In this document: positions 1-10,075 of the stretch, piece after piece | Layout: each line of letters starts with the position of its first letter | How positions within the stretch are numbered: the stretch's first letter is position 1 | Assembly (NCBI GenBank): GCA_050251015.1 | Contig: JBFWNO010000003.1 | Coordinates: forward strand, 1,411-65,410 | DNA from: Planctomycetota bacterium | GTDB taxonomy: Bacteria > Planctomycetota > JBFWNO01 | Reading direction: 5' to 3' | Length of the DNA: 64,000 nt | Translations under genes and position numbers: made by a program | Notes under the pieces: model-generated | Databases searched by the model: none | The model's input: only the letters and a program-made list of their open reading frames with translations | What the model was told of the DNA's origin: nothing

Positions 1-3000
1 ATTGATCCACCCCCCTGGCGGGACACAAGGGCGAGGGCATTCAGGCCGTTGTATTCAAAGAGATCCATAATCTCGGGCAGGCCGGCCTGGGCGTCGGTGA
101 AGTGACTTCTGCTTGTGGGGCGACCGGCGTTGTCGTGCGCGAGGCGGACCACGTTGCCGTTTTCGCGGGTGACCTCCTCAAGGTTGTCCTCGGCATCCCA
201 AATGTAGGCCCTTGTGGTGGTGTCGGCATTCACGCGCAGTTTCAGCCTGGCGTGGCTGTCGAACTGGAACTGGGTTTCCTTGTCTTCCCCGTCGATGGTC
301 TTCACGAGCCTAGAGCGGTTATCAAATTGCCAGCCCAGCACCACAAAATCTGAAGGAGCCCTGGTCTGCCTATATTCATTGAACTTCAGGCCCCGGCCCT
401 CGAAATAGAGGCCCCTCTCGTTGCCCTCGGCATCGAGCACAATCTTGGGGAGACCCCGTGAATCGAGGGTGATCTGGGTGACGTTCTGAAGATCGTCCTC
501 TGTCCTCCTAAGGCGGTTCAGCTCGTCGAACTGATAGAAGAGGTTGAATGTAGAAGGCCCCCCCGTGGGGTTGATCTCGGTGGTGGTCACCTTCGTCACA
601 TTGATGCCGTCTTCAAAGAAATTCTCCATCACATTGCCCAGGGCGTCGGTGGCTGTCTTAAGGCGATTGGCATCGTCATAGGACATCAGGCTGGCGTGGC
701 TCCGGGGGTTCACTGTCTTCACCACCAGGGAGTTGCGGTTGTATTTCACACGGCTGACAGCCTGCGTGAGGGTGCCGCCCTGCAAGCCCGACTGGTCGGC
801 ATGTTTGAAGAGCTGTTGGGTGGCCTCATAGGGGCGGTTGAGCTCGTCAAAGAGCGTGGCCGACTCCGAAAGCCTCACCACAGCGCCCGAGCCGTCTTTG
901 GGACCGTCAATGCGCACTGAGGTGACGTTGGAGTTGGCGTCGTAGGCGTATGTGGCCGTGGTGTTGGTGCCGCCGACAAACTGGGTCAGCGCCCGGTCGA
1001 AGCCATCGTAGGTGAACTGCTCAAAGTGCAGGGCCTGGCTCAGGGTGCTTTTTGCGAGATTGCCGTTGAGGTCGTAATCCTGGGTCGTGATGCTCTTGGC
1101 CACGATGCTGTCGGCATCCCCGATGGTGCTGGTGAACATCAGGTCGCGCTCATCGTAGGCGAAGGCGTCGGCATCCGCATTGGGATGAATGATCATCCGG
1201 AGGTTCTCTGAGGCGTCATAAAGGTACTGCGTCAGGGCCTCCTGGTAGCCCGTGAAGACCCCACTGGTGCCCACCTCCACCCTGCGGGATAGGACGTTGT
1301 CGAGGATGTCGTAGGCGAACTCAGTTTCGAAGGCATTAGGATCACTGAAAGTGGCCACATTGGCGATGGAGTCATCCTGTGAGTTCTGGAGCTCAGTGCG
1401 GATCGCCGTGACGTTGTCATTGGCGTCGTAGATGAACTTCTTGTCATAGACAGCCCCGGCATCTGCGGCAAAGAGATTCATCTGCGGCGAGGATATTTTG
1501 ACGACCTGGTTGAGCTGGTTCACTTCATAGGTCGTGATCTTCCCGCGTGGGTCCTTGATCGATGTCACATTGCCCACACGGTCATAAAAATACTCGGTGG
1601 TCAGCGCGAGACCACTGGGATCCACGATCACCTTGCGTAAATACCCCCCCGTCACAGGATCCCTTCCAGCGATGATGTTCTGGCCATCGCCATCAGGGTC
1701 GTTCTCGGGATGATAGAGATACTCAATCTCGTTCCCTTCACCGTCGATGTGCAGGATCATTTGCCCGAAAGCGTTGTAGCGGAAGAGACTGGAAACAATC
1801 TGCGAACCGCCATTTTCCGTGGCCGAAAGACCCACAGTCACGGTGGGATGCAGGATCTTGACGAGCAAACCCTTGGTGCCGTTCGTGACCCCGTCACCAT
1901 TGAGATCCCCCAGGGTAGCCTCGTCAAAATCGTAAAAATACTGGGTCTGAAACCCCTTGGGATCCGTGAGGGTCTTCACAAGGTGGAAGTTGCTTTCGGC
2001 GTAGGTCATCGATGTGGTCAGCGTGGTCACCGGCCCCCCCACCGCGCCCACATTCCTAGTGATGGTCTCGGGATTGTCTTGGCCATGGCGCTCAGTAGCG
2101 TCGGCGTTGTAGGCCGTGGTGACTGTGTTGCCTCTTGGCAGGGTGCTGAGGGTGGGCTTGCCCTGGCTGTCGTGACCGGTGCGCGTTTCGAAATAATCCG
2201 GGTCTGACGTGCGTAGCTTGCCTGCGGGCAGATTCGACACCAGCGTGGTTGGTTGGGCAGGATTGGCGAAGCCCGTGTAATCCCTGACCTTCACCGGATT
2301 GCCCAGGGGATTCATGTAGATGTGCTTGACCACGCCACGGCGGTCGCTCGCCACGCAGACCAGGGTTTCGCCATCGGGGCCTGCCGGGGTGATCTGCTCC
2401 CAATGGTTGTGGAAGGTGCCTGTGCCATAGACCTGGCGGATGACCCTGCCAAAAAGCAGATTCGAAGTGGCCTGCGTGGGATGGAAGGTGTTGGTGAGGT
2501 AAACCTGCCCCTTGCCATCCTTGACGGTGAGAATGCCATTCCAAAGGCGCTGGTTCACGGCAAAGCGGTTGTAGGTGTAGGTTGTTGTCTTGCGGTTAGC
2601 ACCCGCGAAATCGTTGCCGGTGCTGGTGCCCGTGACCTCGGGGGCCTTCACACTCTTGAGCTGGCCTTCGGTGCCGCCAAGGTCCGTGTAGCTGTAATAG
2701 TCATAAACCACGGAACGACCGAGGAAATCGGTTACCGAAGTGACCCGGCCAGCGCTGTCATGGCCCAGTGTGATCTGGCGGCCAAAGGTATCGATGACAG
2801 TGGAAAGGAGGCCGGAACCGTTGTATAGGAACTCAAGTTTGTTCCCGAAACGATCTTCAATCCTCTTGAGCTTGCCGGGTGTAGCCGTGGTGAAATCATG
2901 GAAGACCGTCTTCATCTCGCCATCACCTGTCATCGTGAACTCGGTCAGCAAGGCGCTCCTGACCAAAGAGAGGTAGTGGTGCGGAGCGGGTTGCCAAGTG

Positions 3001-6000
3001 ACACCGTCAACAGAGAGATAGCGATCCCTCCTGCCTCCGGCAATGTAATCAATGTGCCCGCCCGGCACTTGGATCAGTCTCGACTGATAGGAGGGTTGCC
3101 AGGCCGCACCCATGGAGGCAGCGTGATGGTAGGTGATGTTGGAGCTATAGGAGCGGCTCCATACAAAGTCGATCCCACGGCCCGGGATCCGAAGATCGGT
3201 GACTGTCATCTCGAAGGCGCCGTTGAATGGGCTTACAGGGTCATTGATGGCGGGTGGGGGATCACCGGTCACAAAGCCTGAAAACGTATTGGTGATTGTG
3301 GCATCCATTGTGGTAGCCCAATTGCCCGCCCCCGTCGATGCCCCGCTGGGCGTGCCCGAGACAAGCCCAACGCCCACAGATCCTGAATGACTGCAAAGGC
3401 TGTCGGTATGGAGATAGCTCACATTGATCATGGCGTCGCCCGTGCCAGCAAACTGTGAATGAGGAAGCGTGATGTAGATGAGCCCATTGACAGCATCCAC
3501 CGTGAAACTTGTAATGCCAATAGGGGAGCCACCTGGGTTGGTGAGCGTGACCACCACGGAACCCACTGCGATGGGACCATCGGCCACAAAGGTCAGGGTC
3601 ACCGGATCAGCGAACGAGGTAACGTAACCGTTGGCCGGGGAGTGATAGGCACCCACCACCAGGAAGGGCACCGTGCCCGAATCATAGACCTGGGCATCCC
3701 AACCCTCGCCCCACTGACGGTAGTAGCACCAAAGCGGGCTACCACCCCTGATGGGCTCGGGAAACCCTGCGGAGATCAAGGGAGTGAGTGTAGATCGGAA
3801 AACCGTCCTGTCATTCGTGGTTCCGATGTCGATGAAATTGCTGGCGATCAAGGGGCCACCCTGGCCACTTCTCACCTCGACAAGAAGCCGCCCCTCTCCA
3901 CGGGCAAGGTAGGCGTTGGCCCCTGCCGTCACCCCATAAGTGATTGTATTGAGCGATGAAGGGATCCCCTCTCCTTGGACATATTCGGTGCACTGCTGGG
4001 CAAGCGGGGTGTCGAGGACAGGGGCGGGGAAGTTGGCCTGGATGGAGGCGAGAGTCTGCGGGGCCATGGCCGTGGGAACAGGGAAAGTGCCCACCCTTTG
4101 GATGGCTCCGTTGAAATGATTCTGGTTCACACCGTTGCACCTGCGGGAGCCCAGCCTCCCCCCCGGTTCGGCATTGGAGACCAAAGTGGGGACATCTGTG
4201 TTTGTGGAAACCATCACATTCTGGAAGCGGCTGATAGACATGAGCTGGCCGGGAAGCCATGAGAAAATGATCTTGACCCAGGTTCCCCTGTCGGCCGCCG
4301 CCTGCTGGCCTGTGGTACTGATCTCGCGCCAGAGCCCCGTGACGGCATCCCTAATTCTCATCACATACTCGCCATCAACGATGAGGAGCTCCCAGTTGAG
4401 GGTGTCCGCAGTGCCTTTATCTCCGTTGGAAAGGATGACCTGCGTGCCCGTTGTGGTGTCAGCCCTTATGTAGGCCTGCTGTTCCTTGGGTTGAGTGGTG
4501 GAGGTGGATGTGATCCCAAAGATCGTCGCAGAGACCGTAGCGTTGGTGAGGTTTCCGGCGTGGAATCCGGTGGTGTTAGGCAGAGTCGTCGTCGGCGCGA
4601 CGTTCACCGTATAGGTGTTCGGGGTGATCACCGATGGCTGGAAGGAGGCCTGCTGGTCGGCGAAACTGGTGCTCCCGCCTATGACCGTGCCGTTGGCCAC
4701 ATCGTAATCCCAAAAACCCGCCCCGCTGAGCTGGGGCACTTCGCCGCAGAGCACGGTCTCGTAGGCCTGGCGGGTTGAGGACCATTCGGTGTCAGAGGAG
4801 AAACGCCTGATGATGTAACCGCTGGGTTCAGCACCAAAAAAACGTCCAAACAATATCGCGCGCCTATCGAATTGCGAAGGGTACGGCTGGGAATAGTCAA
4901 AGAGGACTGAATCAATGGGAACGCCTGTATATCCGTTTCCAGAAATGTTCAATGCCCCCGCAGCGCCCGAAAGATTGCCGTAATAGTGGCGGTACAGGAT
5001 GGTGGCCGTCCCTTCCACCATGATCAACTGCACCAGATATTTGCCGATCGGAGTCCCACTGCTATTGCGAATGGTGATCGACTGCTGAAAGATCAGCAAG
5101 CGTGATCCCACATCCCCTGTAAGCTCTGAATAGATCGGGTCAATGACAGTAGACCATCCTGATCCGGAAGGAACAAGCGTGAATTGGAAACTAAACATGT
5201 CCATTGAGGCGAAGTGGTAATAATCTGCAAAGCTGTTGAATAACAAATCTCCACCTAGTCCAGTGGCAATAATGGAGGCATCATTGCCGTTGAAATGGAA
5301 CGGAGTGGTGAATGTCCTGCTGTCCCCAGGCGTGGCATCTGAAATGTCGTCCACCAGAAGATTGATCTCTCCGAAAGCCGGAGGCACCGGAGTGAGGTCA
5401 TGCTGGGAATCCACCACGTTCAGGGTGAAACTGACCAATGTGACACCAGACATGTCCCTGATGGAAATGGCATGGTCTCCAGGTGCGATGGATGTGGGTA
5501 GAAATATAAAGTCTTCACCATAGCTAGTGACTTGAAACTCTAGTCCGTCTACATACGCCCTCAGCTGTTGGGAAGCCGAATAGACAAAGCTCGACAGCAA
5601 GTTCGTGCAAAGCCGATAACTCCCAGCCAATGGCCTGTCGCACTCCCCAGCACTGGAAAAGTCAAATTGCCCTAGATACAAGGAATAAATCGATGAATGA
5701 AGGAAATATGGAAGGGGATTTGAGTTCACGCTCGCCGTCACATCTCTCACATACCAGGTGTAATTACCCGGTGTGGTCAAGGCAATCGTACGACTGAATG
5801 AGATCAAAGCAGAATCGTCTGCATACCCAGAGGAAATTGTGCCATTGGCCGTAATCGGACCCAAATCAACGCCATCGTGGAAAATATGGTAAGTGTGTAA
5901 AGGGTCGTAATCGGTGATGACAGCCTGCAAATTGATCTGCCCTGGCGCTCCGCCATGATTATGTTGAGAGTGCAAGCCTATCGCCGCTTGGGCCATCGAA

Positions 6001-6053
6001 GGCGCCAGAAGAAAACCAAAGAGCGCGAGCCACAACGTGACTGCCCTATTCAT
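1..6053 (-). CDS. RHS/YD-repeat family giant secreted protein, N-terminal >2,000 aa (3' end runs off the left window edge)
   Basis: Not in the ORF track because no stop lies in the window. Manual minus-strand translation from ATG 6053..6051 stays open to position 3. Begins MNRAVTLWLALFGFLLAPSMAQAA (Sec-type signal peptide). Later shows the RHS shell entry motif FNGAFEMTVTDLRIPGRGIDFVWSRSYSS, followed by many YD repeats (YFYDRVGNVTSIKDPRG, FIYDANDNVTAIRTE, YLYDASENLRMI, YDLNGNLAKS, YAYDANSNVTSVR, SYDDANRLKTATDALGN). No competing ORF above about 190 aa in these 6 kb. Confidence 0.85.
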   Translation of the reverse strand, partial: MNRAVTLWLALFGFLLAPSMAQAAIGLHSQHNHGGAPGQINLQAVITDYDPLHTYHIFHDGVDLGPITANGTISSGYADDSALISFSRTIALTTPGNYTWYVRDVTASVNSNPLPYFLHSSIYSLYLGQFDFSSAGECDRPLAGSYRLCTNLLSSFVYSASQQLRAYVDGLEFQVTSYGEDFIFLPTSIAPGDHAISIRDMSGVTLVSFTLNVVDSQHDLTPVPPAFGEINLLVDDISDATPGDSRTFTTPFHFNGNDASIIATGLGGDLLFNSFADYYHFASMDMFSFQFTLVPSGSGWSTVIDPIYSELTGDVGSRLLIFQQSITIRNSSGTPIGKYLVQLIMVEGTATILYRHYYGNLSGAAGALNISGNGYTGVPIDSVLFDYSQPYPSQFDRRAILFGRFFGAEPSGYIIRRFSSDTEWSSTRQAYETVLCGEVPQLSGAGFWDYDVANGTVIGGSTSFADQQASFQPSVITPNTYTVNVAPTTTLPNTTGFHAGNLTNATVSATIFGITSTSTTQPKEQQAYIRADTTTGTQVILSNGDKGTADTLNWELLIVDGEYVMRIRDAVTGLWREISTTGQQAAADRGTWVKIIFSWLPGQLMSISRFQNVMVSTNTDVPTLVSNAEPGGRLGSRRCNGVNQNHFNGAIQRVGTFPVPTAMAPQTLASIQANFPAPVLDTPLAQQCTEYVQGEGIPSSLNTITYGVTAGANAYLARGEGRLLVEVRSGQGGPLIASNFIDIGTTNDRTVFRSTLTPLISAGFPEPIRGGSPLWCYYRQWGEGWDAQVYDSGTVPFLVVGAYHSPANGYVTSFADPVTLTFVADGPIAVGSVVVTLTNPGGSPIGITSFTVDAVNGLIYITLPHSQFAGTGDAMINVSYLHTDSLCSHSGSVGVGLVSGTPSGASTGAGNWATTMDATITNTFSGFVTGDPPPAINDPVSPFNGAFEMTVTDLRIPGRGIDFVWSRSYSSNITYHHAASMGAAWQPSYQSRLIQVPGGHIDYIAGGRRDRYLSVDGVTWQPAPHHYLSLVRSALLTEFTMTGDGEMKTVFHDFTTATPGKLKRIEDRFGNKLEFLYNGSGLLSTVIDTFGRQITLGHDSAGRVTSVTDFLGRSVVYDYYSYTDLGGTEGQLKSVKAPEVTGTSTGNDFAGANRKTTTYTYNRFAVNQRLWNGILTVKDGKGQVYLTNTFHPTQATSNLLFGRVIRQVYGTGTFHNHWEQITPAGPDGETLVCVASDRRGVVKHIYMNPLGNPVKVRDYTGFANPAQPTTLVSNLPAGKLRTSDPDYFETRTGHDSQGKPTLSTLPRGNTVTTAYNADATERHGQDNPETITRNVGAVGGPVTTLTTSMTYAESNFHLVKTLTDPKGFQTQYFYDFDEATLGDLNGDGVTNGTKGLLVKILHPTVTVGLSATENGGSQIVSSLFRYNAFGQMILHIDGEGNEIEYLYHPENDPDGDGQNIIAGRDPVTGGYLRKVIVDPSGLALTTEYFYDRVGNVTSIKDPRGKITTYEVNQLNQVVKISSPQMNLFAADAGAVYDKKFIYDANDNVTAIRTELQNSQDDSIANVATFSDPNAFETEFAYDILDNVLSRRVEVGTSGVFTGYQEALTQYLYDASENLRMIIHPNADADAFAYDERDLMFTSTIGDADSIVAKSITTQDYDLNGNLAKSTLSQALHFEQFTYDGFDRALTQFVGGTNTTATYAYDANSNVTSVRIDGPKDGSGAVVRLSESATLFDELNRPYEATQQLFKHADQSGLQGGTLTQAVSRVKYNRNSLVVKTVNPRSHASLMSYDDANRLKTATDALGNVMENFFEDGINVTKVTTTEINPTGGPSTFNLFYQFDELNRLRRTEDDLQNVTQITLDSRGLPKIVLDAEGNERGLYFEGRGLKFNEYRQTRAPSDFVVLGWQFDNRSRLVKTIDGEDKETQFQFDSHARLKLRVNADTTTRAYIWDAEDNLEEVTRENGNVVRLAHDNAGRPTSRSHFTDAQAGLPEIMDLFEYNGLNALALVSRQGGGS

Positions 6054-6909
6054 GAGCCGCACCCAGCATGGCACCCTTGCTTGATTTCTTGAGCTCCCCC
6101 ATCATCTTGGAGGCTTTCTCCCTCATTTCCATCTGTGCCCCAGCCTCCCGGGCGATCGATGGGTCGATGGGATCAAGCCTCACCCCCACAGCCTTCAGAG
6201 TCGTCTTACCCGAGAGCATGGCGGATGTGGCGAGGTTACGGGCGATCGGCACCAAGGCGCTCTCCCGGGCAAAATCCTCACAAAGACCCAAAAACTGATC
6301 CTCGGACATCCATGAAGCCTGGCCTACCGCCAGACACAGGCCGTTGCCATAGGCGTCGCACTCACTGGCCTCATATCCCACAGACTGGAGATGGGCGCGG
6401 ACAGTCTCATGCATTTTCAGGGAGGTGCTGTAGGAAACATTTTCAAGAGCCATGCGACGCACGCGGGTGTCCGGCGAGCTCAAAAGCCCCAGGAAATAGG
6501 CCTGCATGCCCTCGGAATGATCCTTTTTGAGTACCTTGAGAGCCCCTAAGGCAATGGCTTGATTGGAGTCTTTGGCATAGGACTTGAGACGGGCCATATC
6601 GGTGGGAACTGTGCCAATAGCCATGCCCTTGATAGCGGCCAGATGCGATTGGATTTCCTTGGCATATCCCTCTGGGTCAGCATTGGCATCGGTGGAAATC
6701 ACCGAGGTGCGGGGTGCGCTACTACGAACAATTGCCACATGGGCGCCCGCAACAGCACTTTTCCCCAACGCATTGGTTTCGGTTCCGTGTTGCGCCAGAC
6801 TCCCTGCCGATGATTTGAACGCAGGATCGGGCAATGTGGTGCCGGAGGCAAAATAAACAAGCCCCCCTGCCACCACCAGAACCCCCAAGACCCACCGAAT
6901 CTTTGTCAT
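6046..6909 (-). CDS. membrane-anchored HEAT-like repeat protein, function unknown
   Basis: 287-aa ORF with an N-terminal hydrophobic anchor (IRWVLGVLVVAGGLVYFASG) and HEAT/armadillo-like helical repeats (ALGALKVLKKDHSEGMQAYFLGLLSSPDTRVRRMALENV). Its stop overlaps the RHS start by 8 nt, which suggests translational coupling. Confidence 0.6.
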   Translation of the reverse strand: MTKIRWVLGVLVVAGGLVYFASGTTLPDPAFKSSAGSLAQHGTETNALGKSAVAGAHVAIVRSSAPRTSVISTDANADPEGYAKEIQSHLAAIKGMAIGTVPTDMARLKSYAKDSNQAIALGALKVLKKDHSEGMQAYFLGLLSSPDTRVRRMALENVSYSTSLKMHETVRAHLQSVGYEASECDAYGNGLCLAVGQASWMSEDQFLGLCEDFARESALVPIARNLATSAMLSGKTTLKAVGVRLDPIDPSIAREAGAQMEMREKASKMMGELKKSSKGAMLGAAHE

Positions 6910-6970
6910 GCTCCCCCTGTGGCCGGATTATAGGCATCACCCCCCACCCCGTTGCAAGATATAAGCACTG

Positions 6971-7813
6971 CTACCTATTCTTGAACGGCCTCCTGCCATC
7001 ACCCGGTCCAGGCTCAGTAAGGACGGGTTCGCCAATTTTGGGCACAGGGTTCGGAATTTTTGGCCTGAACTCTTCTTCAGGGTTTGTTCCTGGCGGAGTT
7101 TCTTCATCCCTTATATCTATAGAAGCCTCATCGGCCACTCTCTGCACCAGTTTCTTGTGAAGTTCGTCCAATTTCGGTTGGTCGGCCTTGAGCTTCAAGG
7201 ATTCCTGGGCGTATTTGCAGGCCAGCATCAGATCCGAGCGGCTCCCGGTGTGATCGAAGCGCTCAGCGTAGGCATTGGCTAGAAGGGTCCGGGGCCGGTA
7301 ATCATTGGGATCGAGGGCTGCCGCTTCCTTGAGATTGACAATCGCCTCCTCTTCCAAGCCCGCCAGTTTGAAATTCTGCCCGGCAAAAAGATGCCACTGC
7401 GCCGACTTCCCACCTTTGACCCCGACAAGCTCCAGGCACTTTTTAAAGCAATGCGCCGCAAGGAGGTGATTGCTGGCCTGCTGAAAGCGCCCTCCCCACT
7501 GCGCCAGCTTCTCGATGTCGGCCTGGGTCCAGCGGTCCACAGCGCGGGTTTGCAGGGCATCCTCGAAAAGCGAGGCCACATAGGTCGCATCGACCGCGAG
7601 GTAATCCTCCAAATCAAATAGGCGGATCGTGGGGAGATCCCGCAGTCCCTCGAGGTAGGCGGCCTTCTCCTCATCCGTCAGGGCCCGCTTGGCCACCACC
7701 GCCCTCGAAGCCTGACTGAAACATCGCTGGGCATAAAGCCGATGCCCGCCGAAGGCCGCCGCCCCCAGCACCAAGGCGAGCAAAACATATCGTCGGCGCG
7801 TCCGTGCATTCAT
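6971..7813 (-). CDS. secreted TPR-repeat protein
   Basis: 280-aa ORF with a signal-like N-terminus (RRRYVLLALVLGAAAFGG) and TPR-like units (AGQNFKLAGLEEEAIVNLKEAAALDPNDYRPRTLLANAYAERF). ATGA overlap with the upstream gene at 7810-7813. Confidence 0.6.
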   Translation of the reverse strand: MNARTRRRYVLLALVLGAAAFGGHRLYAQRCFSQASRAVVAKRALTDEEKAAYLEGLRDLPTIRLFDLEDYLAVDATYVASLFEDALQTRAVDRWTQADIEKLAQWGGRFQQASNHLLAAHCFKKCLELVGVKGGKSAQWHLFAGQNFKLAGLEEEAIVNLKEAAALDPNDYRPRTLLANAYAERFDHTGSRSDLMLACKYAQESLKLKADQPKLDELHKKLVQRVADEASIDIRDEETPPGTNPEEEFRPKIPNPVPKIGEPVLTEPGPGDGRRPFKNR

Positions 7814-8961
7814 AGGAGAATCTTAGCAGGCGTCCCCTTCTCCCTCACCGCGACCTTCACCTCCACCCACGGCGCAAAATGATACCCCCCCTGGCTGGCG
7901 ATCACATCCTCCTTGCCGCACTCGATGCCGCTCCTGCCCAGGACCACCGAGACTCTGTCCCTGAAATCCTTGATCCTTCTTGCGATGGGGTTGCTCGCAC
8001 TGCGGCCGAGCTCGCGGTTGAGCTGGGCACCGCGAATGCGCACAAACCCATTCCTGGTTTTTTTGGAAAGCCTCACGAGCACCTCCCGAAGGTCGGGGTG
8101 GGCGCAATCCCTCCAGACTTCCAGGCCGCAAAGCGTCACGCGATCATCTTCGATCACCAACTGCCTCGCAGCGGCGCTGAAGCTGGCGCTGCGGTCCACA
8201 GTGGCGGCCTTGGCGACAGGGGCCTTGGCTTCCGGGGCTTCCTTCTCCGCCCGCCCGTTGCCCTGGGTCTTCCTCGTCAGCTGTGTAAACTCTATCCCTC
8301 CCGAGCGCATCACCGAGACGATGTGGTCCGACACCCCGGTGTCGTGGCCGGTTACCAGGATGATGGGCTGGCTCGCCTGCGCGCAGGGATCGTACCTCTG
8401 GTCCCCGGTTCCCTGCACCATCAGCGCCTGCACCTCCATCGCGCCGCCATCACCGTGCGCCGCCACATACTGCTGGCAGGCCTCCCTAACCATGCTGATG
8501 GCCATCCCTCCACTGCGCCCGAGCCCGTTTTTTTTCTTCAGCGTGCGCATCTCCCGATTTTTGAGGATGTCGGTGATGCGCAGTTCCAGCGTGAAGCCCT
8601 TGTCCTGCAGGGGTCTGCAGACCAGATCATCCGCCCCCCAATCCCGCGTGGCCTCGTTGATCAATTCATAGCTGGCGAGCTCCTTGGCCACCAGGGCGAA
8701 GATCGGGAGCCGCTTGACCTGAGGGATAGCCCGGATCTTGCGGATGAGGCTCTGGCCGTTGGGAATCCGTGCGGGCCCTCCCTTAGCTACCGGGATCTCA
8801 AGGTACATCACAACGTAATCGAACGCCTGGGCACCCTCCAGGGCCTTCAAGGCGTCCTTTTGGGTGGCCACGTGGACTGCCGTGTGCCCCAGCGATTCCA
8901 CCCTGTCCCGCGCCTCCTCGAAGACCATCCTGCTTCCCACGACCAAGGCTCGCTTCTTCAT
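7810..8961 (-). CDS. response-regulator receiver (REC) domain protein with uncharacterised C-terminal domain
   Basis: REC-like N-terminus (MKKRALVVGS...FDYVVMYLEIP...LPIFALVAKE) and a second REC-like stretch (PIILVTGHDTGVSDHIVSVMRSGGIEF). The ORF is open to 8994; the start was chosen at MKKRA (8961). First gene of the operon ending in the RHS gene. Confidence 0.6.
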   Translation of the reverse strand: MKKRALVVGSRMVFEEARDRVESLGHTAVHVATQKDALKALEGAQAFDYVVMYLEIPVAKGGPARIPNGQSLIRKIRAIPQVKRLPIFALVAKELASYELINEATRDWGADDLVCRPLQDKGFTLELRITDILKNREMRTLKKKNGLGRSGGMAISMVREACQQYVAAHGDGGAMEVQALMVQGTGDQRYDPCAQASQPIILVTGHDTGVSDHIVSVMRSGGIEFTQLTRKTQGNGRAEKEAPEAKAPVAKAATVDRSASFSAAARQLVIEDDRVTLCGLEVWRDCAHPDLREVLVRLSKKTRNGFVRIRGAQLNRELGRSASNPIARRIKDFRDRVSVVLGRSGIECGKEDVIASQGGYHFAPWVEVKVAVREKGTPAKILL

Positions 8962-9114
8962 AAATCCTCCATACACCACACATTTACCGCACATATTTAG
9001 TATAGCGACGCTGAGGACATCTTCAATACATACGCAAAATGCTTGTTTTTAAGTTAAAAACTCACTATTTCATCAACCCACACGTTTGTCCACTCGATAG
9101 CTATACTGTCGGGC

Positions 9115-9417
9115 ATGGAAACCATGGAAATCAACGAGCCCGTCTCCGTCCTGGTCGGCTTCTACGCCTCCCCCGCCGAGGCGATCCAGCGCTCCTCCAC
9201 GGTCAGCCGCCTGCGGATCTTCAAGGTGCGCTGGGGCCACCAGGAATTCGTGGTCAGGGCCCTCAACGCTCACTGGCTCTCGCGCGACAGCGTTGCCACC
9301 CCCCACCATTACTACGCCGTAACCACCGAGGCCCGCGACACGCTCATCCTTATCCACAACCAGCTCAAGGATCTGTGGACCTTGAAGTCGGTGCAGACGG
9401 CCGACCAGGCGCAATGA
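9115..9417 (+). CDS. hypothetical protein
   Basis: 100-aa ORF with balanced composition. The overlapping ORFs 9039..9506 and 9073..9633 are R/P/G-rich and look like off-frame artefacts. No recognisable motif. Confidence 0.4.
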   Translation: METMEINEPVSVLVGFYASPAEAIQRSSTVSRLRIFKVRWGHQEFVVRALNAHWLSRDSVATPHHYYAVTTEARDTLILIHNQLKDLWTLKSVQTADQAQ

Positions 9418-9469
9418 CGCGGGCGCGTCTGGGTGACGGCAATGTGCGGATGAATGTGCCGTACCCGGC

Positions 9470-10063
9470 ATGGTGTTCAATGATGTCGGAAAGGCAGGGA
9501 TCATGAAATTCAAAGACATCTCCCCCTGGAATGATCTGGTCGACGAGCAAGTGCTCGAGATCCTTGGGAAGCCGGACACCACCACGGACAAGGTGCACTC
9601 CCTGCTGGCTTCACTTGCTGGACGCGGGCTCATAACGGGTTACGTGAAGGATGATGTCCCCAGCGTGGCCATCAATGAGCCTCTCCTGTCCGCCTCGAAA
9701 CTTTCCTGCCCCTGCAAGATGATGGAGGAGGGTGACGCCGAGCATTTCATCCTGAGGATTGTGGTCAATTCCAAGACGTCCCATTGTGCTTGGCTGATTC
9801 TCAACTCCAAGTGGTGCCACGCGCCCTTCGTGCTGGCATACGCGGACCAGGTGCGGGTATCTGCGTGTTGCGAACACATCCGGACATCCATATTCCCGGC
9901 GCGCGAGATCGTCAGCGACGAGGAGTTCAAACCTTTGGAGCGGGTGGGGAAGCCTGGGTTTATCTTGGAGGAGGATTACCGGTCTGTGGCGCTGATGCTT
10001 GCGCCCTGGGTACTTGATGAGGAAAAGGATGCTGGGTGGAAGGGTAGATCTCCATCCCCATAG
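9470..10063 (+). CDS. hypothetical protein (several Cys/His residues; start may be MKFKD at 9504)
   Basis: 197-aa ORF following 9115..9417 on the same strand. Protein-like composition, no recognisable motif. Confidence 0.45.
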   Translation: MVFNDVGKAGIMKFKDISPWNDLVDEQVLEILGKPDTTTDKVHSLLASLAGRGLITGYVKDDVPSVAINEPLLSASKLSCPCKMMEEGDAEHFILRIVVNSKTSHCAWLILNSKWCHAPFVLAYADQVRVSACCEHIRTSIFPAREIVSDEEFKPLERVGKPGFILEEDYRSVALMLAPWVLDEEKDAGWKGRSPSP

Positions 10064-10075
10064 TATGCCTATGGG

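Noticed and set aside
7879-9000. 373-aa plus-strand ORF (and the 252-aa ORF 7913..8671) covering the REC-protein gene
   Set aside because: Antisense to a motif-bearing CDS. The composition is dominated by R/P/H/L/G with no motif, which is the typical mirror ORF of high-GC coding DNA.
9039-9633. ORFs 9039..9506 (+) and 9073..9633 (-) overlapping 9115..9417
   Set aside because: Both are R/P/G-rich with homopolymeric character, whereas the 100-aa frame has balanced composition.
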